Assembly: GCA_047495785.1 (NCBI GenBank)
Contig: JBLDXI010000024.1
Coordinates: 2,046,001 to 2,110,000, forward strand
Source: Lepidodermella squamata
Taxonomy: Eukaryota; Animalia; Gastrotricha
Reading direction: 5' to 3'
Length of the DNA stretch: 64,000 nt
Positions 24,198-36,244 of this stretch are shown piece by piece. A model generated the notes under the pieces. The model worked only from the letters and a program-made list of their open reading frames with translations. It did no database searches and was not told the origin of the DNA. How positions within the stretch are numbered: the stretch's first letter is position 1; each line of letters starts with the position of its first letter. The position numbers and the translations under genes were made by a program.

Positions 24198-25476
24198 GAG
24201 GGGTTTTTTTTATTCGCAACACTTCTAACAGTATATACTGTATTTTGTGTATTATCGTTCGAAAATAGCGCTCTCTACAAAAAATGCAATAACTTTCTAC
24301 GCGTTCGAAAATTCGCTATATTTTATACGGAAAGTGTATTTTTCCAGCACTTGATTTTTGAATCTGTACAAAATACAGAAATTGTAAACCATTCGCAAAC
24401 GTGACTTTGTTTGTTAGGCGATATCGATGTTGTGGGTTCGACTCCTCGTGGGGTCAAGCCAGTTTTTTGTTTTTATTTTTGCCCCGGCACTTTTTATGCG
24501 CACAAGTAGCCCCATTTCTACACTTTGCACACTTTTTCTGGCTGAATTTTTTGTAGAAAAAATATGCCTGTATTTTCTGTTTTTTTTATTCGAATTCGTA
24601 GAAAATACTGTTGGTTATTGGTAGGCTCAAAGTGAATATGGCTAGATATTGATGCAAGTGATGTTTTTTTCTTACGAGCTAAAACACGCGACACCATCAG
24701 CCAGCCGTACGGCAAAAAACTAGCGCACGTACGTGCGCTGTTTTTTGCTGTGTGGTGTCGTGTGATTTTAGGTCGCAAAAAAATCACTCGCATCAATATC
24801 GAAGCCGTATTCACACTGAGCCTACTAATAACGAATTTTTACGCGACCGCATGTGCATCGCCTTGTTCATCAGGCAAAAAATGGTCGACTATATTCGTAG
24901 GGTACGAATAATTTTCTATATTCTGTAACCTGCAGGTGGAATTTTGCGAAAATTGGGCATAATTACGTCTTATGGTATACTACCTAGGCTATAGTGTGTG
25001 GTCATTAACGACAGCAACCATAGCCTCCATCGACGGGGTGAATATTGGTTCGCGAAAAAATTGCCTACTTTCATTTATCACGGGCTTGTCATCCTATCGA
25101 TGCGTTTGCATATGCTATCACCAATTTAATGAGATTTTTTGCGGTTGGAAAAAATCACACATAAAAACAACTTTTTATCAGCATAAATAGTGAGTGGCGG
25201 CTTAGCTTATTAGTTAAGCTTTGCCAATGCTGATCGAAAGGTCGCTGGTTCAACCCTCACTGCTCGCACAACAATTTGCGATTTGTGAAAAATCGCAAAA
25301 TCGAGCTTGCGAAATATCGCCAGATACAGTGTAGGTGCTTCACAATGGGCGATGCACAGGAGGTTGCGTATAAAGGAGAAATACAGTATTTCTGTAGCGA
25401 ATTTTCGAATGCTGTAGCTGCAATAATGCAATAATGCTGTAGCTGTATTTTTTGTTGCGAATAAAAATAAACCCTC
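24198..25476. mobile_element. TIR-bounded non-autonomous element containing two tRNA/SINE-like segments
   Basis: 24-bp TIR GAGGGGTTTTTTTTATTCGCAACA and TGTTGCGAATAAAAATAAACCCTC (2 mismatches). B-box-like GGTTCGACTCC near 24435 and GGTTCAACCC near 25247. No clear TSD. Confidence 0.6.
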
Positions 25477-25699
25477 AGGGCGTTCGCGTTATAATACTCT
25501 CAGTGAGCTAAAAATAGCTACAAAAAAGCTAAAATGCACGCAAAAAGTAGCAAAGCTATTTTTGTATGGTATATAAAGAGTTCAGATATAAACGATTTAC
25601 GAATGTTATACCGTAAAATATCGAATCGGCCAAGCTACTCGGCCTATATTTTCGAGAAAAATTCTATATTTAGAAGAATATTATTACGCGAACGCCCTG
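25476..25699. mobile_element. Small MITE
   Basis: TIRs CAGGGCGTTCGCGT and ACGCGAACGCCCTG. Confidence 0.7.
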
Positions 25700-25701
25700 T
25701 G

Positions 25702-25870
25702 TATCGCGGGGTGGGCGACAGAACGACTTGCCCAAAATAGAAAAAATGGCATATCCGCCACCCGCTAAGTCAGTCGCTAGATAGCTGAGCGCTAGTTTAT
25801 TCTACGCATCATTTTTTTCTGAGCCATTGTTTCTATTTCAGGCAAGGCGGAATCCTACCAACCCGCGATA
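25702..25870. mobile_element. Small palindromic MITE
   Basis: TATCGCGGGGTGG...CTTGCCCAAAATAGAAAAAATGGC mirrored by GCCATTGTTTCTATTTCAGGCAAG...CCAACCCGCGATA. Confidence 0.6.
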
Positions 25871-26999
25871 TGTTAGCGACACGATTTAGGAATTATATTA
25901 GGAAATCCTAATTATCGGATTTATTTATTTTAATTTATTTCTTCGGAAGATGCGGCTATTGTGCGATTTTTACTGCTTCGGTAAAAAATGGCTTAGCTAT
26001 GTTGAAAACTTTGAAACCTCTATACCATTTCCTGTGCAAACCATGACAACTACAGCTCGTTTCACTCACGTGGGCTGATTGTTTGTATTATATCTAGGAG
26101 AAGGTGCATACAATTTGCCTTTTTGGTATTATTTCTGGGTGTGAAACGGAATAGCTTTATTGCCGCCATGCCTAATTGAAACGGAACTCTTAAATCTATT
26201 CATACGCCTCATTTTATTCGAAGATGCGATGAAAACGGGATAGCATGTGACTATTCTTTACTAGCAAATGTTGATATTTTATCGCTATGGAAATTCATTG
26301 CGCTGCGAAGGTTAACCCTTTCATGGCTGAATTATTTGTCTCCGGTAGAATAAATATTCGACAACATTTCTATGGGCTTTCGTCCCTGATTTCCGTCGAT
26401 ATTATTGCATAATAGTTTGACATTTGATCCAAATGTTTGGCATGGGATCCATTATTACAAGATATTTAACTAGTTTTTCGAGCAAATTGGCAAAAAACTA
26501 GTTGGATTCTCGTATATAGACTACGACATATATTTCAATAACAGTATATTCCGACACTTTAACATACTGATTTCCGATTTCCGAATGAGACAACTGTTTC
26601 CACAATTCAACCCCGGCGCGTTTTTAGCCCTCCGTTGTGTCCTTCATCGAAAGAAACAGAGCTGGCGAGTTTGCCACGACCTTGACCTCGGCTACTTACA
26701 GCTTCGTCAACAGATATTGATGCGATAACTGTTAACCGGCTACGACCGCACCTTGGCTCAGATACCACAGGTTCAGCTTGGGCTGGAACCTGAGCCGTGC
26801 CACGACCACGGCTAACCCCCCACGAGGGTTGCCACGCAATACCAGATGAATTGCCTGATGTTCGTCAGGGATTGGATGCGATCATGAGTTCATGAGCCAG
26901 CGCGACAGTGTGTAAACACGGAATCTTTTTAGACTTTAGACCCGATTCTGCATATTGCTATAGGGGACAGATCACATATTACAATTATGTTACACAATT

Positions 27000-28112
27000 C
27001 CACTGGGGGAAAACTTCCCGATGTTGAGGGCAGAACCGAGAATTCTGCCCGCTGAAAATGCCCGAGGGCGTAGCGGAGCGCAGCGAAGCGAAGCCCGAGG
27101 GTATTTTCAAGGGCTGAATTCGAGGTTTTGCCCGAGACACAAGGGAAGAGTTCCTGTTCCTTCCCAGTTGGTTATTTTCGTTAATCCGACACTCGGACGA
27201 GTGAAAATGGGGAATGGTGTATAGTGCGTATGAAAGATGACCGTTGTTAATAACGAAAATAAGAAATCCAGCTTAAAATTTGTAGCAAATTTTTTTTTTG
27301 AATTTTTTTTGTTCGTTGTTCATTTCCTTGTTTTATTATCAATTGAATATTGCGAATTTCCGTCGAATTTTCAATGGAGATCACTTTTGATATTGGCGAC
27401 CTGGGCCTCGGTGCTCTCGCTGACGGCTCCGTGGAAGTGAAACAGCGCGAAGAATCCGATCCAATTCGACTTCTCGAACGAGAACTTGATGCTGATATCG
27501 AAGAAGAAGAATCCGATGAAGAGGGTGATACGTCGGAGTTCATTCAAGAAGTCGAAAATTTCGTGGCTGGTTTTGAAGCAAACGGCACAGCTCAGAAAAC
27601 CAAGCAGCACTGGAGCCGATTTGTCGCATTTGTCGAGCAGCGATTCCACATTTCGGAGCAACTATTAGTTGAACTTACGGTCAAGGATATGGATCTCTAT
27701 GTCGCTCTTTTTCTCAAGCAGTTGACGAAGACTGATGGTAGCGCGATGGAGCCGACAACGATTCGAGGCATTTATTCCTCCATCATTCGCCATCTCCGCG
27801 ATGTGACGAAGAACGAAATCAACTTCACCATGGCGAGAGTCGATTTCTTCTATAGCATGAAAATGCTGAAATCCATCCAAGTTTGTCGAATCTAAGCGTG
27901 CTGGAAAGGGAAATAAAGCCCGAGCATCTGAATGCCTAGAACGAGAAGATATTGATAAAATGCGTGAGGCGAAAACGCTGACTGATGACACGCCAATCGG
28001 TTTGATCACGATGCTGTGGCTGATCGTTTGAGCGGGCAGAAACAGCGGGCAGAAACATCGGGCAGAATCACTTTTTCCGTCTAGGCAAAAAATAACCAAC
28101 TGGGCAGGAATT
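27000..28112 (+). mobile_element. Crypton-like (tyrosine recombinase, DUF3504-type) transposon relic
   Basis: ORF 27350-27895 (TAQKTKQHWSRF...LFLKQLTKTDGSAMEPTTIRGIYSSIIRHL) resembles the N-part of Crypton/ZMYM-type recombinases. CCCGAGGGCG...GCCCGAGGG hairpin at 27061-27101. CCCAGTTGGTTATTTT at about 27163 is inverted at about 28088-28103. Confidence 0.7.
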
Positions 28113-28364
28113 CACATGTTGACAGTTTAAGGCGGATTTTTTAAATGCGAGCGAAGCGAGCCATGATCCAAAATCCTTGCCACGCCGTAAGAGCGAGCGG
28201 AGCCGTAAGGATTTTGGGACGAGCGTAGCGATGCACCGAGCGAGGCGAGAAAGCAGCGATTAATTGTTGTCACAGTCGAGCGAAGCGAGAAAAGTAACCA
28301 GCAACTAGTTTCTTCTTTCCGCAAGATAAGAGCACTATATAGAAGTTAGCGAGTTGCTAGCCGA

Positions 28365-28700
28365 ATACTTGGAGCGTACTTGGATGATTTTTGACTGATT
28401 TTCTAGGAATTTTCAAAATATCGCCAAGCGGAATTCGCATTATACTGAAAGAAAAGCCCAACTGCAATCTTTTTCCAGCTACGCCATGTGGGTGTGGCGC
28501 ACGTGCTGTCAACAAAGATTCCAACTCGAAACCTCCAGTTTTTTAATAGCTGGAGGTTGAGATTTATTTTCTAAAATTCCTGGAAAATCAGTAAAAAATC
28601 ATCGAAGTTCGCTTCAAGTATGTGGACTATGGCATGTGGACTATGATGCGGGCTACCTGGGCCATTAAATAACTGATTCAATTTCAATTTAAATGGCCTG
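28365..28700 (+). repeat. Diverged copy of the core of the 30010-30988 foldback element
   Basis: Matches about 30370-30690 (CCAGCTACGCCATGTGGGTG...AAAGATTCCAACTCGAAA). Confidence 0.8.
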
Positions 28701-28808
28701 AACACTCAACATTATTCTAAAAATTAGCTTCTATCATTAGCGAGCGCTCGTGCCAGCAATATCACGTGTCCCTTATCATTTTTTTATTTAACCTCTGCCT
28801 CTGCCTTA

Positions 28809-31019
28809 GCATGTCGTAGTTTTATTTATATAGGCCCTCCGCCGGCCGGCGCTATAGGCACATATGAATGACATTAGAGCATGAAAATATATTGCCCCCA
28901 TGCTATCTAGGGCTCGCAGCATTTATAAATTGAACATTATCATAGGCAGTTCATAATTTCGAGTTTTATGTTATTATTTTATTTTTGTATTTTAGTTTTT
29001 GTCGATTTTTGTTGGCTTTTTGTGCGTTTTTGTAGAAAGGTAGAAAAGTCGATCGAGGGTTCGGGCTCGTTGCGCAAATTGAGTAGGGCTGAAAATTATC
29101 GAAGGTGGTTAACGGCAATAATTAAGGGCTTACAGGCAGGGCTATTCCAGCTCATCAGACAAGGCTCAGGTTCCGAAAGGCTCAAGGCTCAAGGTCAGGC
29201 TCATGACGACTCAGACTCAGGCTCAGGGCTCTGTAAGGCAAGGCAGAGATCAATTCATTAAACGGTAAGCTTACATATTAATCGGACTGGCTCGAGAGGG
29301 GCTCAGAAGGGCGAGGATCGCAAGGGCACCTAAAGGAATATAGGAAACCACAGGCTCACATTAGTTTTTAGGGAAAATGTCGGTGATGAGGCGGCAGGGC
29401 TTAGCCGGGGCACTAATGCAGTCACGCAAGTGCCATGCTGGACAGTGCTTCTCCAGCATTCGGAGGCCGAAGGCGTCAGGCTGGAAGCTGGCAACGTAGG
29501 ATATGTAGTCCTTCATCCCGTTATTTGCGTTGAGGCACCTGATGGCGTACCGCATCAGTTGATGCTTAAATACGTCGCTGATTGCTTCCACACCAGCTTC
29601 GACGACAACACCGAAAGGGTCGCACTCGATAGGCAGATCCAATGCAGCTTTCAAGATGTGGGCCTGGAAGCCGAACAGACGTAGCTCGGAAGACTTGGGT
29701 AGACAATACCAGGCTGGTGAGCCGTAGGTAAGGACACTTTCGATGAGGACTTTGTTAAAACGAACGCAGAGGTCACTAGGGATAACTTTTCGTGCGGCGA
29801 TGCCGCGTAAGCATGCTGCTCGGGGTTTGATTTTCGCTGATAGCCGATCAAGATGACTCTCCCACGAGAGTTTCGAAGTAAATGTGATTCCGAGGTACTT
29901 AACCTCTTTCACTTGCGGGATTCGCACACCACCAATAGACAATAGGACGGAGGGGGAGGAGGCGCCATGATGACCGATTATAATACACTCCCACTTTGTC
30001 GGGTTGAGGCATAGACATAATTTAGGATAGACTGCTTACTCACGAGAAAAAGGGTGCTACGCCATGGGCGCCAGATGGTCAGCTGATTCATCAGCGCTTG
30101 GAGGAAAAGTAAACAAAATATTCGATTCTTTTTTTACTGGTTCCGTGACGGTTTCGATTTTCCCAAAGGTTTGGTTGATGGATCCAGACAGAGGAAATCA
30201 CGAGGAACACGTTGGTTATTTTTTCGAAATTTTTAAAGGAATTTTAACTGGTGTTATCGACGAAAAATGGTTTCGCAGTTATAAATAAAAATAATTTTCA
30301 GGATCATTTAAGTTGAAATTGAAGCTGTTTTTTAATGGTCCAGGTAGCCCACATCGTGGTCCACATGTCGATGCTTGGAGCGAACTTCGATGATTTTTTA
30401 CTGATTTTCTAGGAATTATCAAAATATCGCCAAGCGGAATCAACATTATATTTAAAGAAAAGCCCAACTACAATCTTTTTCCAGCTACGCCATGTGGGTG
30501 CAGCGCACGTGCTGTCAACAAAGATTCCAACTCGAAATCTCCAGTTTTTGTATAGCTGGAGGTTGAGATTTCGTCTCTAAAATTCCTGGAAATTCAGGGA
30601 AAAATCATCGAAGTTCCCTCCAAGCATCGACATGTGGACCACGATGTGGGCTACCTGGACCATCAAAAAACTGCTTCAATTTCAATTTAAATGACTGTGA
30701 AATATTTTTTTATTTATAACTCCGAAACCGTTTTTTGTTTATAAAACCAGTTAAAATTCCTTCAAAAATTTCGAAAAAATAATCAGCGTCTTCCTCTTGA
30801 TTTCCTCTGTCTGGATCCATCAACCAAACCTTTGGGAAAATCGAAACCGTCACGGAACCAGTAAAAAAAGAATCGAATATTTTGTTTACTTTTCCTCCAA
30901 GCGCTGATGAATCAGCTGACCATCTGGCGCCCATGGCGTAGCACCCTTTTTCTCGTGAGTAAGCAGTCTATCCTAAATTATGTCTATGGGTTGAGGTCAA
31001 GTCGCCATCTGGCACACCT
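28809..31019 (-). mobile_element. 5'-truncated LINE (RT C-terminal part) with a nested foldback MITE
   Basis: 16-bp direct repeat CTCTGCCTCTGCCTTA at 28793-28808 and 31020-31035. RWRLDLN/PTKWECI...VKYLGITFTSKLSWESH...LTYGSPAW. Confidence 0.85.
30010..30988. mobile_element. Foldback MITE with long inverted arms, P-element or hAT-like
   Basis: 8-bp TSD GGTTGAGG at 30002-30009 and 30989-30996. Ends CATAGACATAATTTAGGATAGACTG. Arms about 400 bp, giving mirror ORFs 30064-30288 and 30710-30934. Confidence 0.92.
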
Positions 31020-31444
31020 CTCTGCCTCTGCCTTAAAATCCGGTTCTGCCCTATAATTAGGTGTGGCCTAATGTTTCGGTATATACGGTAAATTAGTCGT
31101 GTGTTCCGATGAAATAAATCAAAACAAGTCATTCCGATGGTTTAATTTACTTTCCTTGCGATTTTTGTATTTCCGACGCTTTAAGTCAAAATGGTACGAG
31201 AAAAGAAAATTAAGGTTCGATGATATTAGCCAATTCTAATCCTGGAGCTCTGACTGCTTGATTTAGCAGTAGAAGTGTTAGGAATTACAAGATTTGGAAC
31301 ACGGTCGTTACCAATCTGCTATAGCGACAAGCGACAACTAATGCAAAGAGCTTAGAGCACATGCGGTCATTTTCAACTACTACATTGCTAAATAAAAGAA
31401 TACTCTTGTCTCTTGTATGTGGGTAATATTTAAGTTTCAAATTC

Positions 31445-32127
31445 TGGGTTTCACCCGGCGCTCCTTCTCCGACCGCAGGGAGGATAGGGATTCCAATAGA
31501 TCATTTTGTAGGGATGAAAATTGTGCATCGATAAAATTGTATGAACAGATGTGCGCCCGATACGTAAAATCTTGGAAGAATCGGTTAGTGAGGTTTTTGG
31601 CGAATGAGCGTAGAAATGAATTACGCGATCGATGTTTGCATCGGTAATAACATTCGCCGAGCGACCGGGCGCTTTGCGATCGGAGCAACTACCGAAGCGA
31701 TCAAATTTACGCTTTACGCCACTGAAACAGAATAGTTCTGTAGGTAACATTCTGGTATTCCGGATAGGCAAGCTTGAATTGCATTGCAGTTTTCGACGCG
31801 TTACGCTGATTTTCGATAAACATGGTAACCATTTTACCCCGAATTTCATCGGGGTATTTAAAACGCGCCATTAAATGTTAGAGTGAAATTGGTATAAAAT
31901 GAAATCGGTAATGTTTTTTATCACTTTTCCGGCACGCGAAAAGGTCTGAAAATTGACGCTCGAAACGCGATAATAAACACTGAAACTGAGTAGAGTTGTG
32001 TTTATGGGTGAGGTCCACGAGGTCAATGTGAAACTTCCGCGATAGCCAGGTCGTCAACATCAATCGCGTGTCGTCTGGTTAAAGTCCAAGTTAAAAATAG
32101 CCCAACTATTATTTCTTGAACACCCTG
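31445..32127 (-). mobile_element. Tc1/mariner-type element 5' part (TIR plus HTH region)
   Basis: TA followed by CAGGGTGTTCAAGAA on the minus strand at 32127. RKFDRFGSCSDRKAPGR...NIDRV...SPKTSL...LRIGRTSVHTIL...FHPYKM. Confidence 0.8.
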
Positions 32128-32204
32128 TATATTGGATTCGAAGGAGTACTATAACGCGTTATGTTCGACGCGAATCCATTATGTATAAATAAGGCCCTAG
32201 GGAA

Positions 32205-33060
32205 GGCTAGTTTCGAGGAAAAACTCACATAATAAGGCGAGGCGAAGCCGAGTCTTATTATGCGATTTTTCCGAGGAACTAGCCGACAAAACGAGCCGAC
32301 AGCAAGGGTGATTTTCTAAAATTAAAAAATCCATCCTAATATTTTCACTAACGTTTTGCAAAAATCATTGCTATTTATTCATGTTTACGATACCGCGATT
32401 TAATTCACGCATCATTTTTGCGCTTGCTTCACGGAAAATTGCTTATATGGGACGCCCCGCCTCATTGGAACCCGTGGCTTCGAAGCTGAAGAAGAAGATG
32501 CAGAAGCGGACCAAGAGCGTACGCTGTTCCAGGCAGTCGATTGTGTCTTGCTGCTGGACTACAACGCTGTCCGCGCCTAACAATCGGTTTTTTTGGAAGA
32601 AGTTCAATTCCGAACTGCGAATAGGATCAAAAGAGCGCTCTACAAGAGGGTGAAGTTGGGCGAGCATTCCATCGACGCTTTGGTGAAGAACGCAGTGTCG
32701 AAAGCCGGGATTAAGAAAATTCTCTCCGGCCACTGCGTGCGGAAATTTACCTGGTGGACTAGTTGAAGTAATACCAGAAAGGGCGGTGCGTAAATGAATG
32801 CTCTTTTCAATTACCGAATCTTGAAGCTGGAGGAGCAGCCTCGCCCATGCTCTCTTATAGTTCGGAGATGGAGCAGCCTTTTGATGATCCCAACGCGAGC
32901 AATCAACAATACAAGCTAGTAGCTGAGTCGAACGGAAATGGGGACGACTTTATCACCCTCTTTCAGTTCCGCCCTGCCACGCCTTTGCCACGATGCCATA
33001 CGTTTTGAAAATTTTGAAAATTTCAATAAAGTAATGATACTGCAATAATGATTGGCATCT
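32205..33060 (+). mobile_element. Second Crypton-like relic (catalytic part)
   Basis: Hairpin GGAAAAACTCACATAATAAGGCGAGGCGAAGCCGAGTCTTATTATGCGATTTTTCC at about 32217-32272. Frame at 32640-32760 reads YKRVKLGEHSIDALVKNAVSKAGIKKILSGHCVRK (H-x-x-R box). Confidence 0.6.
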
Positions 33061-33182
33061 CTTAGAGCAACAATGCCGGGCTTTTCCTTATTTATTAAAA
33101 CAAAATTAGTTAAGAAATAAGAAAAATCTTTTGGCTAGTACAGTCAGGGGGCGAGTGGTAGAGTTAAGCAATTTGACAAATA

Positions 33183-33857
33183 AGGGGGCATCCATAAAGG
33201 ACGTCCGGCTTTCGAGGGGGGGGGGAGGGGGTCGACTAAAGTGTGACTCGCGACTGAGGGGGGTCGGGCGAAGTCGGACATGCGACATAATCACAAATTT
33301 TTATTTAGCAATGTGCGCAGTCACACTCGACGGATTTGCAACACCTGTTTAAATAGCAAGTCAATTTTCGCCAATTTTCACCACTACTTAGAACGAGGAC
33401 ACTGTTAATTCGGTTTTGATGGTGTTTAGCAACGGGAGAGTCCTCGTTATAATCCGCGCCCATGAAATTTTAGGTTAGGTGCAAGTTGCTGCTATTGACA
33501 TTTTCAAGTTTAATCTTGACGTCACTATTATTTTGCCACTAACGCGCCGTCATTGTCCACCTGCAATTTCGCGAGCGCTGCACAAATTCTCGATAGTAAT
33601 TTACCGCCGCGGTCTCGGTTGACTGAAGCAGGTGTCCCTACTTTCTACCTATCACCTGCGCGTGTGTAACTTTGGGTCATGCAGTGAAAACAATGAAACA
33701 GGACAAGCGAAAAATAGCGTGTTTTTTGTCAAAAAACAGGGGGGGGTGCACCAGTTTGTGACATGAGAAACAAGGGGGGCTCGGTAGATGTGACATCAAG
33801 GGGGGAGGGGTCGAAAAAATGCCATTTTGAACCGGACGTCCTTTATGGATGCCCCCT
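33183..33857. mobile_element. MITE with TA/TWA flanks
   Basis: TIRs AGGGGGCATCCATAAAGGACGTCCGG and CCGGACGTCCTTTATGGATGCCCCCT; G-runs inside. Confidence 0.85.
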
Positions 33858-34939
33858 TAAATTAAAAAATCCACCTTAAACGTCTGTTATTTGTATTTTG
33901 GCCAGTACAATAACATTGTTATTGTATCGATAATTTTTGTACCACCGGACGATAACAAGCCGATATGATCTGTTTCGGCTTGTATGCGCATCACAATTGA
34001 GACTTGACGAGCTCATCTAATCTCCATTTAGTTAATTTTCCGGCTAAGAATAGCAAGTATGGTCAAGATTACATCCGTCAACATTTTTAATTTCACAGGA
34101 ATAGTAAAACAAAAATAATGATAATCATTGACAATCTATGTCATTGCTATTACCATTACTATTATTTGTGACCATTATTGTTGCAAACCCAAATTTTAGA
34201 TATAATTAAGATAGATTATCTGCAATTACATGTTTGTAAGCCTCATGCAGTATATGGCTAGCTGCCACCTATTACTTAGAGAACACGACTTGACCGTAAT
34301 GTGACAAAATCATTCCGTAATCGGTCTATAAATGCCTGCCCAACGAAGCTTAAGTCGTCTGCGATTCGCAATAAACAGCCGCCAATTTTCGATAGTTTCC
34401 TTGAGTGGAGTCTCCATAACGTTATTCCTCTCAAGACGCTTATAATATTGCCGAAATAAAAAAGTGTTTTATATCTGCACACTAACTTTCTGTTGTCAGT
34501 ACGACATCAGTTTTCACGATGTAAAGATAAGGGATTGCACAGTGTAACCTTTAACTTTTTCTATTTAAAAATACAAGTTTTGAAGCTGTATCGTAAGCAT
34601 TTCCCTAAAAATCACGGTTCTTAAGACGTTGAGAGCTCGGATTTCTGAATAGTACTAATGAGATCGATGCAGAATTTTACGAGCTTTCTTTTGGTACCAA
34701 AATCATGTGGTGCATGCTTATTAAAGGCAGAGGAGTAACGAAAAACTGAAAAGATCTTTTTACAATGCATGTGTGCCCCGAAAAACATAGCTTACGACAA
34801 AAAAAGTTTACATCACTTCGTCTTCCACGCTGATTTCAAATCTGTAATTTATTACAAAAATATTCAGCCGAAATCAGATGAACTAATTTTCTCCCAAAAA
34901 GTTTCTAGGATTCTTTTTGAAGATTAACAAACACCATGA

Positions 34940-36244
34940 TCACCAGCGCCAAGATTTTTCGTACTTCTTCATGATTGTTTTCCTGTCGTAGAGCAGTTTT
35001 TTAGAGTCTGCAGGTTCAATTTCAGAGGAAGGAATGAACATGGCTGTTTCAGGCATTCCCCGTTCCTTCCACCTTGCGTTAGAGAGCAAATGATCTGTCA
35101 ACAGGTTCATCTCGACAGCATCCACCATAGGCTGCCTGTGTTCTTCTGACTCAGAACTGCATGATCCGACTTTGAATTCTGACGTCCAGCAAATATAATC
35201 ATAGAGAATAAACTGAGCCGCCTCGATGCCAGCATGATGACCATGTTTCATGACTCCGATTTTAGGAGATGAGTGTGCCAGTACTTCAGGATCATCAGTC
35301 ATTCGACTCCAGAATTCAATGTGATTAGCTTCCTTGTTATCTCGAATGTGCCAACTGTAGTCATCGCGGTGATGAGTGAACAAGTAATACGCCATCATAT
35401 CGTACTGAGAATACTCTGCGAACTTGGAGCAAATCGTGTGAAAGGCTTCATCAAACGTTGAATTGTAGACCTTTTCAACATGCGCTCGAAATAGGGCGAA
35501 ATGTTCACGTTTCACAATGAAAGGGAACCCGGAGGCTATCATAAACTCGCCGATTTTCTTGCCGTCGTTGATCGAAGCAGCTGCCTTTTCCCAGCCTTCG
35601 ATGCAGCAACCGTTGTAGCCGAGCATTCTAGGCTTCCCATTAACAAACAAATCTTCGGGAACAACTTTCACTGTGAATAACGAATCTGTGTCAGTAATTC
35701 CAATAAATTCCGACTTTGAATACAGATCTGCGTAGAAATTCGAGTAGATTTGCCTTGAGTAGCCGGTGCTTCGCCATGACGAACAAAGCGTCCCGTCCGG
35801 TGGGGCCTTTTCAAACCTAATTTTAGGGTAAGGGGGGAGTAAGGCAAGGACCGTGGCAATGGCATGATCAGGTCGTGATTCATCATCGAAAATCAGGGTC
35901 AGCTTCGAGTTCTTCCATTTAAGCCATGGCCAGAATATCATGTAAGAGGGAGCGAAAACCAGCGAATATTCGCGGGCAGCACCGTGCCACATCCTGATCA
36001 TTATCGTGATATTAGGGGCGCTGTCCCATACATCCGCTTCATTTGCTGGCATCTTATATGTTGTAGTATTGGGCTGTGACAAACTAACGCTAGTCGGCTC
36101 CGTGACCACCTCCGCTTTATCTTTTGTAGATGTTGTTGAATCATTCGTCACGGCAGGTAATGGATATCTTCGCGCTGCAAGGTAAACGATACCAGAAAGT
36201 ATCATAATACAACCAAGTCCCACGATGATTTGCAGTGTTTTCAT
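34940..36244 (-). CDS. Type II membrane putative glycosyltransferase (paralog A3), 434 aa
   Basis: Intact intronless ORF nearly identical to A2, with the DTD motif. Confidence 0.8.
   Translation of the reverse strand: MKTLQIIVGLGCIMILSGIVYLAARRYPLPAVTNDSTTSTKDKAEVVTEPTSVSLSQPNTTTYKMPANEADVWDSAPNITIMIRMWHGAAREYSLVFAPSYMIFWPWLKWKNSKLTLIFDDESRPDHAIATVLALLPPYPKIRFEKAPPDGTLCSSWRSTGYSRQIYSNFYADLYSKSEFIGITDTDSLFTVKVVPEDLFVNGKPRMLGYNGCCIEGWEKAAASINDGKKIGEFMIASGFPFIVKREHFALFRAHVEKVYNSTFDEAFHTICSKFAEYSQYDMMAYYLFTHHRDDYSWHIRDNKEANHIEFWSRMTDDPEVLAHSSPKIGVMKHGHHAGIEAAQFILYDYICWTSEFKVGSCSSESEEHRQPMVDAVEMNLLTDHLLSNARWKERGMPETAMFIPSSEIEPADSKKLLYDRKTIMKKYEKSWRW

Noticed and set aside
24420-25270. Possible tRNA genes
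   Set aside because: Only B-box/T-arm-like parts are convincing; no full cloverleaf could be drawn.
30064-30934. Two near-identical 74-aa ORFs on opposite strands
   Set aside because: They are mirror readings of the foldback MITE arms, not genes.
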